Positions 40,536 to 53,577 of a stretch of 64,000 bases of DNA are shown in pieces. The position numbers and the translations under genes are program-made. How positions within the stretch are numbered: the first letter of the stretch is position 1; every line of letters starts with the position of its first letter. The DNA comes from Chiloscyllium plagiosum. Its lineage: Eukaryota. The notes beneath the pieces were generated by a model. It searched no databases and was not told the origin of the DNA. It was given only the letters and a program-made list of their open reading frames with translations. The stretch is from NCBI RefSeq assembly GCF_004010195.1, contig NC_057718.1:83926924-83990923 (forward strand). The letters are read 5' to 3'.

Positions 40536-43500
40536 TTCATGTGTAAAAGTATTTACTAATTTCTCTCCAAAAAGGCCCAACTCTGATGTTTAGGTAATCT
40601 AAGTTCTAAACTCTTCAACCAGCAGAAGTAGCTTCTACCAACACAGTTCCTGAATGTCTTAACCCTCAATCAAATCATGTTTTGAATTTTGAAATTCCAG
40701 GGAATACAATCTTGGTTTGTCTAATCTGCCCATATAATTTGACCATTGGAAGCCGTAACATTATGATACACTTCTTCAAAGCCGATGTATTCCTTCTGAA
40801 GCTGTGGTATCCAGAACTTATCCCATTACAATAGATGGGGTCTAAGCAGAAGTGTGTGTTGCTGTGGAATAACTGAAACCTCTGCATTCTAAACTTCTGA
40901 AGATAAAGCCCCATATTTAGTTAGCATACATATTTTGTCTTGTCTCAGTTATTTACTCTCTTCCCTGCAGGATTTTAGCCCTTTGAGAGTATTAGCTTTT
41001 ATGGGTGCTGTATTAATACAGATTTTGTAGTTCAAAAGGTTATGTTCTATGTATCCATACCTGAGATTGGAGATAGTTGTGCAGTTCAGATGGGAGTTTT
41101 GTGTTCTCAAAGGTAATTTTATAATTAATTTGTCGATTTTATTGGCTAAGATGAATGTTGTAAATCCCAGAACACACTTTAAATAATAGGGAGTGCTGCC
41201 AGTGTCCTGATCAATTTTTTATTTCAAGTACCTGGTCATCTTTTAAATTCCTGTTTGAGATTGCACTGATGTAGAATGTCTGCTGTATTTGAGTGCACTA
41301 CTACAAATTGCAACAATACTTCGTTTTTGAAATACTTTCAATATGTTTAAGTGTAATGCATGCTTGAATTTATATAATTAATTGCATATACAGTATATTT
41401 TTACATGTTTGTACATTAGGAAAGTGTTGAAAGATGAAAATATTATAATGTATAACGTAGCAGTTGTTTTTGTAAGATTTCAGTTCCCGAAGTGTACAAC
41501 ATCTTCTGTTTGGAGCTGATTTAGTAAGAGTCATTGCTTATAACACATTTTAAGTTGGTGGACTTGTAAGTTCAATCTCTTGTTTGTTATTTACTGCTAA
41601 TGAAGATATCATAATTTAGACAATAAAACTCTAAGAAATCTGTGTTATATAGGCACTCATCACGGTTGTCTCTTTGGAAAGAATTTCACAGAGAAACGTT
41701 GTGAAACAAAAACTTTAAAAGCATCTCTTTGGAAGATGATCTGTTTTTGCATTGTAAATGAAAAATGTTGTTAACAAGTTGCAAAAACCTTCAATTCATT
41801 GCAGAGTAATCTTTGGGAGAACTTCAAATCATGTGCCATGTTGTGGAATCTCTACATGTTATATACCCTTATGAGAAAAATACAAGAATCACTTCTGCAA
41901 GAAGTAGACATGCATCATCTTCAAAATAAAAATAGTCTTTGCTGTTATTTAAATCATGCTGTTGTTTACCTTGTGAATTTCATAAATCTCCCTGCTCAGC
42001 ATAATTGTGTTTTAAGAATATAAATTAGAAGCTGTGATAGATCAATCAGCCTTGAGCCTCTCTGCCATTCAATAAGATTTGGAGACTTTTACAGCACAGG
42101 TGGAAGCCATTTGGCCAAGTGTCTGCACCAGTCAAAAAAGATCTGACAAAACTATAAGGTTTGGTTTCTAGACCTGCAGGTTCTGCCAGTGCAAGTGAAT
42201 ATCTACAAACTGCTTAAATGTTGAGTTTCTAACCCAGCAACCCTTTAGGTAGTAAGTTCCAGGTTCCCATTAGTCTGAAAATAATTCTCAACTGTCAACT
42301 TAGCCGTCTACCTCTTATCATAAATCCATGCAGCACCCCCCCCCCCCCCCCCAACCCAAAGTTCTCCATCGTTACTCTCGCGAGGAATGTGGAAAATGTT
42401 CTGTGTTGCCATGAAAGTTGAGTTGCCTACCTGGTGCCAGGGTTGAAGATGTCTCCTTGGGGTTGAGGAAAAACTTGGAGGGGGAGGGAATGGATCCAGT
42501 CGATGACATTGATGCAATTAGAAAGGAGGTTTTGCTGAAAATCTTTGAATAGTTAGGCATCAGTACTGGGGTAAAAGGGAGCTGTTCTGATAGGATAGGC
42601 TTTCCTTGAAATGTGCTGACATCACAATGCTGGTGAGTTGAATAACGAGGTCTGTGGAGAGCTTTAAACTAATTAGATGTGGGGAAGATTGGGAGATGGG
42701 GACTCTAAGTTTACAAAATCAGGTTTGGCAGAAGTGCACCCAGCTGCAGCTCCTGGCAGAGTGTTAAGGAGCTGGAGCTGGATGCAGTCAGGATCATCTG
42801 AGATCCTGTGCGTATCATAGGTAAAAGTTTGAGTGAGGTGGTCACACCTAAGATAGCAGCAGGATGACCATCAGGAACAGCAAAGGGAGTCGGCAGAGAG
42901 TGCAAGAATCTTCTGTGGCCATTCCCTTGAAAACCAGTATATTGTTGGGGAGGATGACCATTCAGGGGAAAGCAGTGGTAGCCAGGTTGGTGGCACTACG
43001 ACTGGTTCTGGGGCACAGTGGGAAAGGGTAAATGTTAACAGCACCTACGTGATAGGAGACTCAGTAGTCAGAGGGACAGACAGGAGATTCTGTGGCCGCA
43101 AACAAGGATCCAAGATGGTGTTATGTCTCCTAGGTGCCAGGAGCCAGGAGGTCTTGGAGCGGCTGCAGAATGTTCTCAAGGGGAAGGGTGACTATCCAGA
43201 AGTGCACATTGGCACAATGACAGGGAGAAATAGGGAGGAGGTCCTGTGGAGTGATTATAGAGAGCTAGGAAAAAAGTCAAAAACCAGGACCTTGATGGTG
43301 GTAATCTCCAGATTACTTCCAGTGCTATGTGCTAGTAAAGGTAAGAACAGGAGGATGTGGCAGATGAATGAGTAGCTAAAGAATTGTTGCAGGGGACAGG
43401 GATTCAAATTTTCAGATCATTGGGATCTTTTCTGGGGCAGTGCTGACCAGTTCAAGAGAGATGAGTTGCACCTGAACTGCAAGGGGACCAATATCTTGGC

Positions 43501-44500
43501 GGTCAGGTTTGCTAGTGCTACAAGGGGAGGGTGGGATCCTGAACAGCAGGGAGGCAAGTGCGAGTCTGGAAGAAGATACAGTAATCAGAAATACTACGTT
43601 AAAGAGACCGATCAGACTGGAACATGACAGGGAGTGAGGAAAGTCTGTTGGATTAAATTGCATCGATTTCAGTGCAAGAAGGCTGATGAACTTGGTGTGG
43701 AAGGTACATGGGACAGGGATATTATAGCCAATATAGAGACGTGGCTAAGGGAGGGACAGGACAGGCAGCCTCATGTGCCAGGGTACAGGTGTTTTAGGCG
43801 GGACAAAGGTGGTGGAAAGAAGGGAGGGGGAGTTGCATTTTTTTGATTAGGGCAAGTATCACAGCAGTAGTCAGAGATGAAATAACTGAAAGATCAACCA
43901 GTGAGGCTTTTTGGGTGGAGCTAAGAATTAAGAAGGGGGTGGTGATGTTATTGTGGATGCACTATAGGCCCCCAATGTCAATTAGAGGAACAAATATGCA
44001 AGGAGACTTGCAGGAGCAGTAGGGTTGTCTTAGTAGGGAATTTTAATTTTCCTAATGCCAGAGCATTAAAGGTTTAGATGGGGTGGAATTTGTGTGTTCT
44101 GGCGTTTCCTCAAGCAGTATATAGAGGGCCCGATTCGGAAAGAGGCAAAGCTTGACCTACTCTTGGGAAATGGGGCAAGACTGAAATGACAGTGGGAGAA
44201 CACTTTGGGACCAGTGACCATAGTTCTATTAATTTTAAAGTAGTTATGGAGAAGAACAAAACTGGTCCACAGGTTCAAGTTCTAAATTGGGGCAGGGTGA
44301 ATTTTGGAATTATACAGGAGCTTGCAAGGGTTGATTGGAGTAGTTTATTTGCAGACAAAGGGACCTCTGGCATGTGGGAGGCCTTTAAAAGCGAGATAGC
44401 TTGAGTTCAAAGTCTACTTGTTCCTGTGAGGATGAAGGGCAAGTTTTGCAGGAATAGGGAACCCTGGGGAACTTTGGATGACAAGAGGTCTTGAGGCTTT

Positions 44501-45700
44501 AGACCATAAGACATAGGAGTGGAAGTAAGGCCATTCGGCCCATCGAGTCCACTCCGCCATTCAATCATGGCTGATGCGCATTTCAGCTCCACTTACCAGC
44601 GTTCTCCCCGTAGCCCTTAATTCCTCTAGACAACAAGAATCTATCAATCTCGGCCTTGAAGACATTTAGCGTCCCGGCTTCCACTGCACTCCGTGGCAAT
44701 GAATTCCACAGGCCCACCACTCTCTGGCTGAAGAAATGTCTCCGCATTTCTGTTCTGAAATGACCCCCTCTAATTCTAAGGCTGTGTCCACGGGTCCTAG
44801 TCTCCTCGCCTAACAGAAACAATTTCCTAGCATCCACCTTTTCCAAGCCAGACTCGTTCCAGTGCCAGTATGTCCTTCCTAAGGTGTGGGTCCGTGTGAA
44901 TCTCCGCTGGACACGTTCCAGTGCCAGTATGTCCTTCCTGAGGTGTGGTGACCAAAACTGGACACAGTACTCCAAATGGGGCCTAACCAGAGCTTTATAA
45001 AGTCTTAGTAGTACATCTCTGCTTTTATATTCCAACCCTCTTGAGATAAGAGACAACATTGCATTCGCTTTCTTAATCACGGACTCAACCTGCATGTTTA
45101 CCTTTAGAGAATCCTCGACTAGAACTCCCAGATCCCTTTGTGCTTTGGCTTTATTAATTTTCTCACCATTTAGAAAGTAGTCTATGCTTTTATTCTTTTT
45201 GCCAAAGTGCAAGACCTCGCACTTGCTCACGTTAAATTCCATCAGCCATTTCCTGGACCACTCTCCCAACCTGTCTAGATCCTTCTGTAGCCTCCCCACT
45301 TCCTCAGTGCAACCTGCCTGTCCACCTAACTTCGTATGATTGGGAAACTTCGCTAGAATGCCCCCGGTTCCCTCATCCAAATCATTAATATATAATGCGA
45401 ACAGCTGTGGCCCCAGCACCGAACCCTGCGGGACACCGCTCGTCACCGGCTGCCATTCTGAAAAAGAACCTTTTATCCCAACTCTCTGCCTTCTGTTAGA
45501 CAGCCAATCCTCAATCCATCCCAGCAGCTCACCTCGAACACCATGGGCCCTCACCTTGCTCAGCAGCATCCCGTGTGGTACCTTATCAAAGGCCTTTTGA
45601 AAATCTAGATAGACCACATCCACTGGGTTTCCCTGGTCTAACCTACTTGTTACCTCTTCAAAAAATTCCAACAGGTTTGTCAGGCATGACCTCCCTTTAC
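44501..45700 (-). mobile_element. Young 5'-truncated CR1 LINE, RT C-terminal region (380-aa open frame)
   Basis: ORF 44583..45725 SCLTNLLEFFEEVT..YLDFQKAFDKVPH..GVPQGSVLGP; catalytic ADD motif altered to PNH; tail agaccataagacatagg on +. Confidence 0.9.
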
Positions 45701-47411
45701 TTTGACCATAAAAAGGAGGAGGCATGGCTCAGGTACAGGCAGCTGGGATCGAGGGAATCCCTGCAGATTTATAGGGAATACTGGAGTTCACTGAAGAAGG
45801 AAATTAAGAGGATGAAAAGAGGGCACAAGATAGCTTTAGCTGAGAAGGTAAGGGTGAATCCAAAGAAGTTCTTTAAGTATATTAAAGGCAGAAGAATAAC
45901 TCGAGAGAGAATATAACCCCTCAAGGACCAAAGTGGATATCTATGCGTGGAACCGCAGGAGATGGGCGAGGTCTCCTCTGTTTACTGTGGAGAAAGACCT
46001 GCAGAGCTGAGGAATTGGGGAAGTTACTCGTAATATCTTGGGAACAGGCCATATCACAGTAATGGTGCTGTTGGACATAATAGAATGTATGAAGGTGAGT
46101 AAATCTCCTGGTCCTGACCAGATATATCCAAGAACCTCACAAGACATTAGAGAAATTGTGGTGGCCCTGGCTGATGATTTTTGCATCGTTGTTAGCCACC
46201 AGTGAGGTCCTGGAAGATGGAGGTTGGCAAATAATGTGCCCTTATTCAAGAAGGGCTGCAAAGAAGAAGTTGGGAACTGTAGACCTAACATCTGTTACTT
46301 GAGATGGTTCTGAGGGAGAAGATTCATTTGGAAAGACGGGATCTGATCAGGAGTAGTCAGAGTGGCTTTGTGCATGGGAAATCATGCCTCACAAATTTGT
46401 TAGAGTTCTTTCCTGAAATGACCAGGAAGATTGATGAGGGCAGGGCGATAGTCACCTATATGGATTTCAGGAAGACCTTTGATCAGCTTCCACATGGTAG
46501 GCTGCTCTGGAAGATTAGATCGCATGGAATCCAGGGTGAGGTGGCAAATTGGATACTCAATTGGCTTGATGGTAGGAAGCCGAGGATAAGAGTGGAAGGA
46601 TGCTTGTCAGATTGGAGGCCTGTGATTAGTGATGCGCCACAGGCATTGGTGCTGGGCCCATTGCTGTTTGCTATCTATATCAATGATGTGGGTGAGAATG
46701 TACAAGGCATGATTGGTAAGTTTGCTGGTGACACAAGAATAGGCGGTACAGTGGACAGTGAGGAAGGTTATCAGAAATTGCAGCAGTGGACCGAGAAATG
46801 TCAAATGGAATTTAATATAGATCAGTGTGAGGTCTTGTGTTTTGGAAAGTTAAGTCAAGGTCAGAATTTCATGGTGAATGGTAGGGCCTTAAGGCGTGCT
46901 CTGGAACAGAAGGACACGGGGATTCAGGTACACGATTCTCTGAAGGTGGAATCATAGGTCGATAGGACAGTGAAGTCTTTTGGCACACTGGCCTTCATTA
47001 GTCAGGACATTAAGTATAGACGTTGGGAAGTTACGTTGCAGTTATACAGGACGTCAGTGAAGCCACACAAGGAATATTGTGTTCAGTTTTGGTCACCTTG
47101 TTATAGGAAGGATGTTATTAAACTGTCAAGAGTGCAGAAGAAGTTTATAAGGATGTTGCCTGGATTCAATTGTCTGAGTTATAGGGAAAGGTTGGACAAA
47201 GCTAGGATTTCTTTCTTTAGGGTGTAGGAGACTGAAGTGGGACCTTTATAGAGGTGAATAAGATCATGACAGGCATGGATAGGGTGCATGCACTTGGTCT
47301 TTTTCCCAAGGTTGGGGAATCGAGGACATGGGGGCATCAGTTTAAGGTTAGAGGGGAAAGAACAAAAGGGAACCTGAGAGGCAACTCTTTTACACTGAGG
47401 GTGGTACACAT

Positions 47412-48732
47412 ATAGAGTCAGAGATGTACAGCATAGAAACAGACCCTTCGGTCCAAACTGTCCAAGCTGACCAGATATCCCAACCCAATCTAGTCTCACC
47501 TGCCAACACCCGGCCCATATCCCTCCAAACCCTTCCTATTCATATCCTATCCAAATGCCTCTTAAATGTTACAATTGTACCAGCCTCCACCACATCTTCT
47601 GGCAGCTCATTCCATACACGTACCACCCTCTGCGAGAAAAAGTTGCCCCTTAGGTCTCTTTTATATCTTTCCCCTCTCAGCCTAAACCTATCCCCTCTAG
47701 TTCTGGATTCCCCGACCCCAGGGAAAAGACTTTGTCTATTTATCCTATCCATGCCCCTCATAATTTTGTAAACCTCTATAAGGTCACCCCNNNNNNNNNN
47801 NNNNNNNNNNNNNNNNNNNNNNNNNNNNNNNNNNNNNNNNNNNNNNNNNNNNNNNNNNNNNNNNNNNNNNNNNNNNNNNNNNNNNNNNNNNNNNNNNNNN
47901 NNNNNNNNNNNNNNNNNNNNNNNNNNNNNNNNNNNNNNNNNNNNNNNNNNNNNNNNNNNNNNNNNNNNNNNNNNNNNNNNNNNNNNNNNNNNNNNNNNNN
48001 NNNNNNNNNNNNNNNNNNNNNNNNNNNNNNNNNNNNNNNNNNNNNNNNNNNNNNNNNNNNNNNNNNNNNNNNNNNNNNNNNNNNNNNNNNNNNNNNNNNN
48101 NNNNNNNNNNNNNNNNNNNNNNNNNNNNNNNNNNNNNNNNNNNNNNNNNNNNNNNNNNNNNNNNNNNNNNNNNNNNNNNNNNNNNNNNNNNNNNNNNNNN
48201 NNNNNNNNNNNNNNNNNNNNNNNNNNNNNNNNNNNNNNNNNNNNNNNNNNNNNNNNNNNNNNNNNNNNNNNNNNNNNNNNNNNNNNNNNNNNNNNNNNNN
48301 NNNNNNNNNNNNNNNNNNNNNNNNNNNNNNNNNNNNNNNNNNNNNNNNNNNNNNNNNNNNNNNNNNNNNNNNNNNNNNNNNNNNNNNNNNNNNNNNNNNN
48401 NNNNNNNNNNNNNNNNNNAGGTCAGGCTCACTGGTCTATAGTTCCCTGGCTTGTGTTTACCGCCCTTCTTAAACAGTGGCACCACATTTGCCAACCTCCA
48501 GTCTTCTGGCACCTCACCTGTGACTATCGATGATACAAATATCTTAGCATGAGGCCCAGCAATCACTTCTCCAGCTTCCCACAGAGTTCTCGGGTACACC
48601 TGATCAGGTCCTGGGGATTTATCCACCTTTAACCGTTTCAAGACATCCAGCACTTCCTCCTATGTAATCTGGACATTTTGCAAGATGTCACCATCTATTT
48701 CCCTACAGTCTATATCTTCCATATCCTTTTCC
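47412..48732 (-). mobile_element. CR1 LINE nested in the 3' end of the host LINE, spanning an assembly gap
   Basis: Minus ORFs 47540..47761 and 48419..48653 (KSPGPDQVYPR..NVVPLFKKG..NYRPVSLT). Confidence 0.85.
47791..48418. other. Assembly gap (628 N)
   Basis: Run of N. Confidence 1.
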
Positions 48733-49865
48733 ATGGAATGAACTTCCAGCAGAAGTGGTTGATGCAGGTACCTTGACAACATTTAAAAGGCATTTGTACA
48801 AATGCATGGATAGAAAAGATTTAGAAGGAAATGGGGTTAGAGTGGATGGTCATTTTGGTTGGCATGGACCAGTTTGGGCTGAAGGTCCTGTCTCCATGCT
48901 ATAGGACTCAATGACTCTACAACACTTTTTTAAAAATAATACCTAGGCAAAATATACAACGCTGATAAATAGCAGTAATTAGGATCAAAAGAAGAAAGAA
49001 TGGTATAAGTGTATAATTACTGGCTCTTTATTTTAATGTATATTGTATTCAGAACAAAATTGAATTAACGATGCAAATGCAGATTAATGGGTGTGATCTT
49101 TATAGCCATTATGGAGAGATAGTTACAAGGAGATCAAAACTGGGAACTTCAAGTAATGTAACTTTCTGAAAGATCACGCAAGAAGGAAAGTAGGGTGGGG
49201 TAACCTTTTTGGGATGGGCTAGAATAAGCATGTTAGCAAGCAATGATGTTGAACCTGAAAGTGTAGCATTCATATACGTTTGGGTAAGCAATAAAAATGG
49301 AAAGAAGACACTGATGGGAGTTGTCTTTAGGCCCCGTAATAGTAGCTATACAGTGTGACAGAATAAATCCAGAGAAAATGGGGACATATAACAAAGACAG
49401 TTCAAGAATTATGGTTGGATTTAATACATTGGTAGTTTGAGATAGTCAGTCAGATTGACAGAGGAAGATTGTGTATGAGTGAATGTGTTTGGGACAGTTT
49501 TCTAGAGCAGTATGTTTTGGATCCAACCAGGGTCAGAATAGTTTTGATCTGATGATGCAGATTTAATAAATGATCTCCAAGTAAAAGATCCGCTCAAACA
49601 GTGACCACAGCATGACAGATTTTAATATTCCATTAACATTGAGAGGCTGGGTCTTGGATTAGAAACAACTGTGCTCAACATAAAACAGTTGGGGAACAGT
49701 GGCAGATATTGAAGAAAATAGTTCATGGCTGATATCAAAAATATATTCCTATGAGGAAGAAGGATTCTTGGAGGTGGATAAGCTTCCATCCATGTGAAGC
49801 AGAGAAGTTAAAGATAGCATCCGATTGAAAGAAAAATCATACAATCTGGCAGAGATAAGTGGTAA

Positions 49866-52190
49866 AATCATAGAGATGTACAGCACGGAAACAGACCCTC
49901 TGGTGCAACTCATCCGTGCTGACCAGATATCCTAACTTAATCTAGTCCCATTTGCCAGTACTTGGCCCAAATCCCTGTTAAACCCTTCCTATTCATATAT
50001 CCATCCAGGTGTTTTTTAAATGTTGTAGTTGTACCAGCCTCCAGCATTTGCTGTGGCAGCTCATTCCATACATGAACCACCATCTGAGTGAAAAAGTTAT
50101 CCCTTTTAAATCTTTCCCCTCTCACCTTAAATCTATGCCTTCTAATTCTGGACTCCCCCACCCCAGGGAAATGACCCTCTGTATTTACTCTATCCATGCC
50201 CCTCATGATTTTATAAACCTCTAGAAGTTCACCTCTGTGTCTCTGAAGCTCCAGGGAAAACCGCCCCAGCCTATTCAGCTGCTCCCTACAGCTCAAACTG
50301 CCCAGCCCTGGCAACATTCTTGTAAATCTTTTTGAACCCTTTTGAATTTCACAGCATCCTTCCTATGGGAGGGAAACAGGAATTATATGCAATATTCCGA
50401 AAGTGGTCTTACCAATATCCTGTACAGCTGCAACATGATCGCCCAACAGCTATACTGAATGCTCTGACCAATAAAGGAAAGCATACAAAACACCTTCTTC
50501 ACTATCCCATTCACCTCCGACTCCACTTTCAAGGAAGTGTGAACCTGCACTCTTTGTTCAGCAACACTCCCCAGGACCTGACCATTAAGTATCTACAAGT
50601 CCTGCTCTGATTTGCCTTTCCAAAATGCAGCACTTATCGAAGTTTATCTAAGTTAAACTGCATCTACTAATCATGGCCCATTGGCCCATCTGATCAAGAT
50701 CCTGTTGTAATCTAAGGCAACCTCTTCGGTGTCCACTACACCTCCAGTTTTGCTGTCATCTGCAAACTTACTAACTCTATCTCTTATGTTCACATCCAGA
50801 TCATTTATTTAAATGACAAAAAGCAGTGGACCAGCAATGATCCTTGTGGCACACCACTGGTCACAGGTCTCCAGTCTGAAAAGAAACATTCTACGATCAC
50901 CATTTGTCTTCTATCATCAAGTCAATTCTGTATCCAAATGGCTAGTTCTCCCAGTATTCTATGTGATCTAACCTTGCTAACCAGTCTCCCATGGAAAACC
51001 TTATCGAATTCCTTGCTGAAGTCCATATAGATCAAATCCACCACGCTGCCCTTATCAATCCTCTTCGTTACTTCTTCAAAAAACTCAATCAAGTTTGTCA
51101 ATTAGTGTTAACTATCCCTAATCAGTCCTTGCCTTTCCAAAAATGTAAATTCTGACTCTCAGGATTTCTTCCAACCACTTGCCCACCATTGATGTCGGGC
51201 TCACCGGTGTAAAGTTCGCTGACTTTTCCTTATCACCTATTTTAAATAGTGGCACCACATTAGCCCACTCCCAATTTTCCTGTGCCTCACATGTGACTGT
51301 TGTTGATAAATTATCTCAGCAACAGGCCCAGCAGTCACTTCCCAAGCTTCCCACAGAGTTCTCGGGAAAACCTGATCTGGTCCTGGGGATTTAGCATCCT
51401 TTGTGCGTTTTCAGGCATCCAGCACCACCATCTCTTTAATATGAGCATTTTTCAAGATGTCACCATTTATTTACCCACATCCTATACCTTCCATGTGCTT
51501 TTCCACAGTAAACACTGATGCAAAATATTTGTTTCATATCTCCCCCGGGGACGGGGGAAAGTGGAGGGAGGGATTGGATTGGGGAGGAAGGGAGATGGGT
51601 GGGGGGGAAGGGGTGTGGCGGGGAAGANNNNNNNNNNNNNNNNNNNNNNNNNNNNNNNNNNNNNNNNNNNNNNNNNNNNNNNNNNNNNNNNNNNNNNNNN
51701 NNNNNNNNNNNNNNNNNNNNNNNNNNNNNNNNNNNNNNNNNNNNNNNNNNNNNNNNNNNNNNNNNNNNNNNNNNNNNNNNNNNNNNNNNNNNNNNNNNNN
51801 NNNNNNNNNNNNNNNNNNNNNNNNNNNNNNNNNNNNNNNNNNNNNNNNNNNNNNNNNNNNNNNNNNNNNNNGGCAGGGAAAGGTGGGGTGGAGAGGAAGT
51901 GGGGGGAGTGGAGGGTGGTAAGATGGGGGGGGGGACGTATTCCCAGGAGTATCCTCCCTAAGTACAGCTGTAATATTATCCCTGATCAAAAATGGCAAAG
52001 TTCCCTAGATTCACCACCCCTCCACCACCGCCACCACCACCACCACCACCATCACCCACCCCACCTTATTAGTTTAAATTCTCCCAAGCCGCTGTCGCAA
52101 ATCTACCTTCCCCTTCCAATTCAGGTGCAATCTGTAACCTTCTTATACAGGACACTTCTACCCTAGAAGAGATTCCAATCATCCGAAAAT
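49866..52190 (-). mobile_element. CR1 LINE nested antisense, containing a G-rich tract and gap
   Basis: Minus ORF 49937..50317; RT remnants 50700-51100; tail atcatagagatgtacagcac on +. Confidence 0.8.
51628..51871. other. Assembly gap (244 N) within a G-rich low-complexity tract
   Basis: Run of N flanked by G runs over 51545-51935. Confidence 1.
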
Positions 52191-53577
52191 CATAGTATTG
52201 GGAAAATTTTAAAACCTAATATAACATAATTCAAATAATAATAATAAAGAGAGTGAAAATAAACTGAATAAACTTGCAATTAATAGCAAAAAGGACAGGA
52301 AGAGTTTCTGTAAACATAGGACAAGGAATGGAGAAGCCAGAGTGAATATAAGCTCCTTAGAGAATGAGGTTGGGGAAGAAATAATAGAGAACCAGGAAAT
52401 TGCAGAGGAGTAGAATAAATACTTTTTCAATCTTCAAAGTAGAAAACACTAATACCATTCCAAAATTACCAAATATTCAAGGGGTAAAAGGAGAAATGGA
52501 TTTTAAAAATGCATTAAATAATCACTGGAGAAGCAAATAAGTGGGAAACTGATGAGGCTAAAGAAAGATGATGACTCTGGACCTGAAGGGTTACATCCTA
52601 GGATATTAAAGGAAGTAGCTGCAGAGATAGTGGATCTGCTGGTTGTAAGCTTCGAGGAGCCTTCAATTCTGGAAAAATCCCAGAGAATTGGTTAACTACC
52701 AATTGAAGAAAGGTCTATTACCTATTAGCTTAAGGTCTGTTATTGGGAAAATGTTTAAGCCTACAATAAAGGCTGTAGAGGAGGGCATTTAAAAATGAAG
52801 GGGAAATCATGTCTGACAAATTTATGAGACTTCTTTGAGCAGGTACCAAGCAAGATAGAAAAGCAGAAGCAGTAGTTATAATTATTTGGATTTTCAGAAA
52901 GCTCCATATTAAATAAGGGACTTATAAAATATAATGGAGAGGGTAGCCATTTTCAGGATGGCAACCTGTAACTGAAGGTTTGCCACAGAAATCTGTGCTG
53001 GGGCCACAATTATTTATGATATATGTTAATGATCTAGATGAGGAAAGTGAATGAATTATAGCTGAGTTTGCAGATGATACAAAAATAGGTGGGAAGACAT
53101 GTGGTGAGGATTAGATAAGGTAGATTAGATTACTAATGCTTTAAAAATATTCACGTATTCTGCTCCCGCCATCTTTTCAATAAGAGAATTCCAAAGACAC
53201 TGAACCTTATAAGAGAAAAATATTTGACCTAATTTTAAAAACTGATCCAAGGGTATGAGCCTGGCTCTCTCACCTTTCCTCACAAGACCAACCCTGTCAT
53301 TCCAGGTACTAGTCTAGTTAACCTTTTGTTGAACTGCCTCCAACACATTTGCATCCTTCCTTAAATAAGGTGACTAGTACTGTGCTTTGTACTCCAGATG
53401 CAAACTGTATAACTGAAGGATAACCTCCCTACTTTTATATTCAGTTCCCCTTGCAATAAATGGTAATATTCTGTTAGCTTTCCTAATTACTTGCTGTATC
53501 TGCACCTCTGAGATCTGTAATCTTTCACTATTTAGATAATTGGTTTCTTTATTCATAGAATATGAATCATAGAATTC

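Larger units (their letters stand above)
42720..48920 (+). mobile_element. Near full-length decayed CR1 LINE (esterase ORF1, endonuclease, RT, 3' UTR) hosting two antisense insertions
   Basis: ORF1 IGDSVVRGTDRRFCG..HIGT (43049..43375); EN remnants IETWL, EHFGTSDHSSI (43634..44404); RT 46304..46957; 3' end resumes at 48733-48920. Confidence 0.85.
49100..53130 (+). mobile_element. Old CR1 LINE (EN-RT remnant), split by an antisense LINE
   Basis: EN-like remnants 49150-49860; resumes at ~52190 with GPEGLHPRILKEVAAEIV, DFQKA and FADDTK. Confidence 0.65.

Noticed and set aside
44583..45725. 380-aa ORF as a domesticated or active reverse-transcriptase gene
   Set aside because: It is a 5'-truncated CR1 copy. 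The start codon comes from flanking host sequence, the catalytic ADD motif reads PNH, and part of the C-terminus is deleted.
47732..52166. Long ORFs containing X runs, including a poly-His stretch
   Set aside because: Artefacts of N gaps and the (CAC)n microsatellite.
52549..52580. Other CTGATGA hits (also near 15132, 16272, 43682 and 55663) as hammerheads
   Set aside because: No stem II followed by GAAA and a compatible helix III or stem I.
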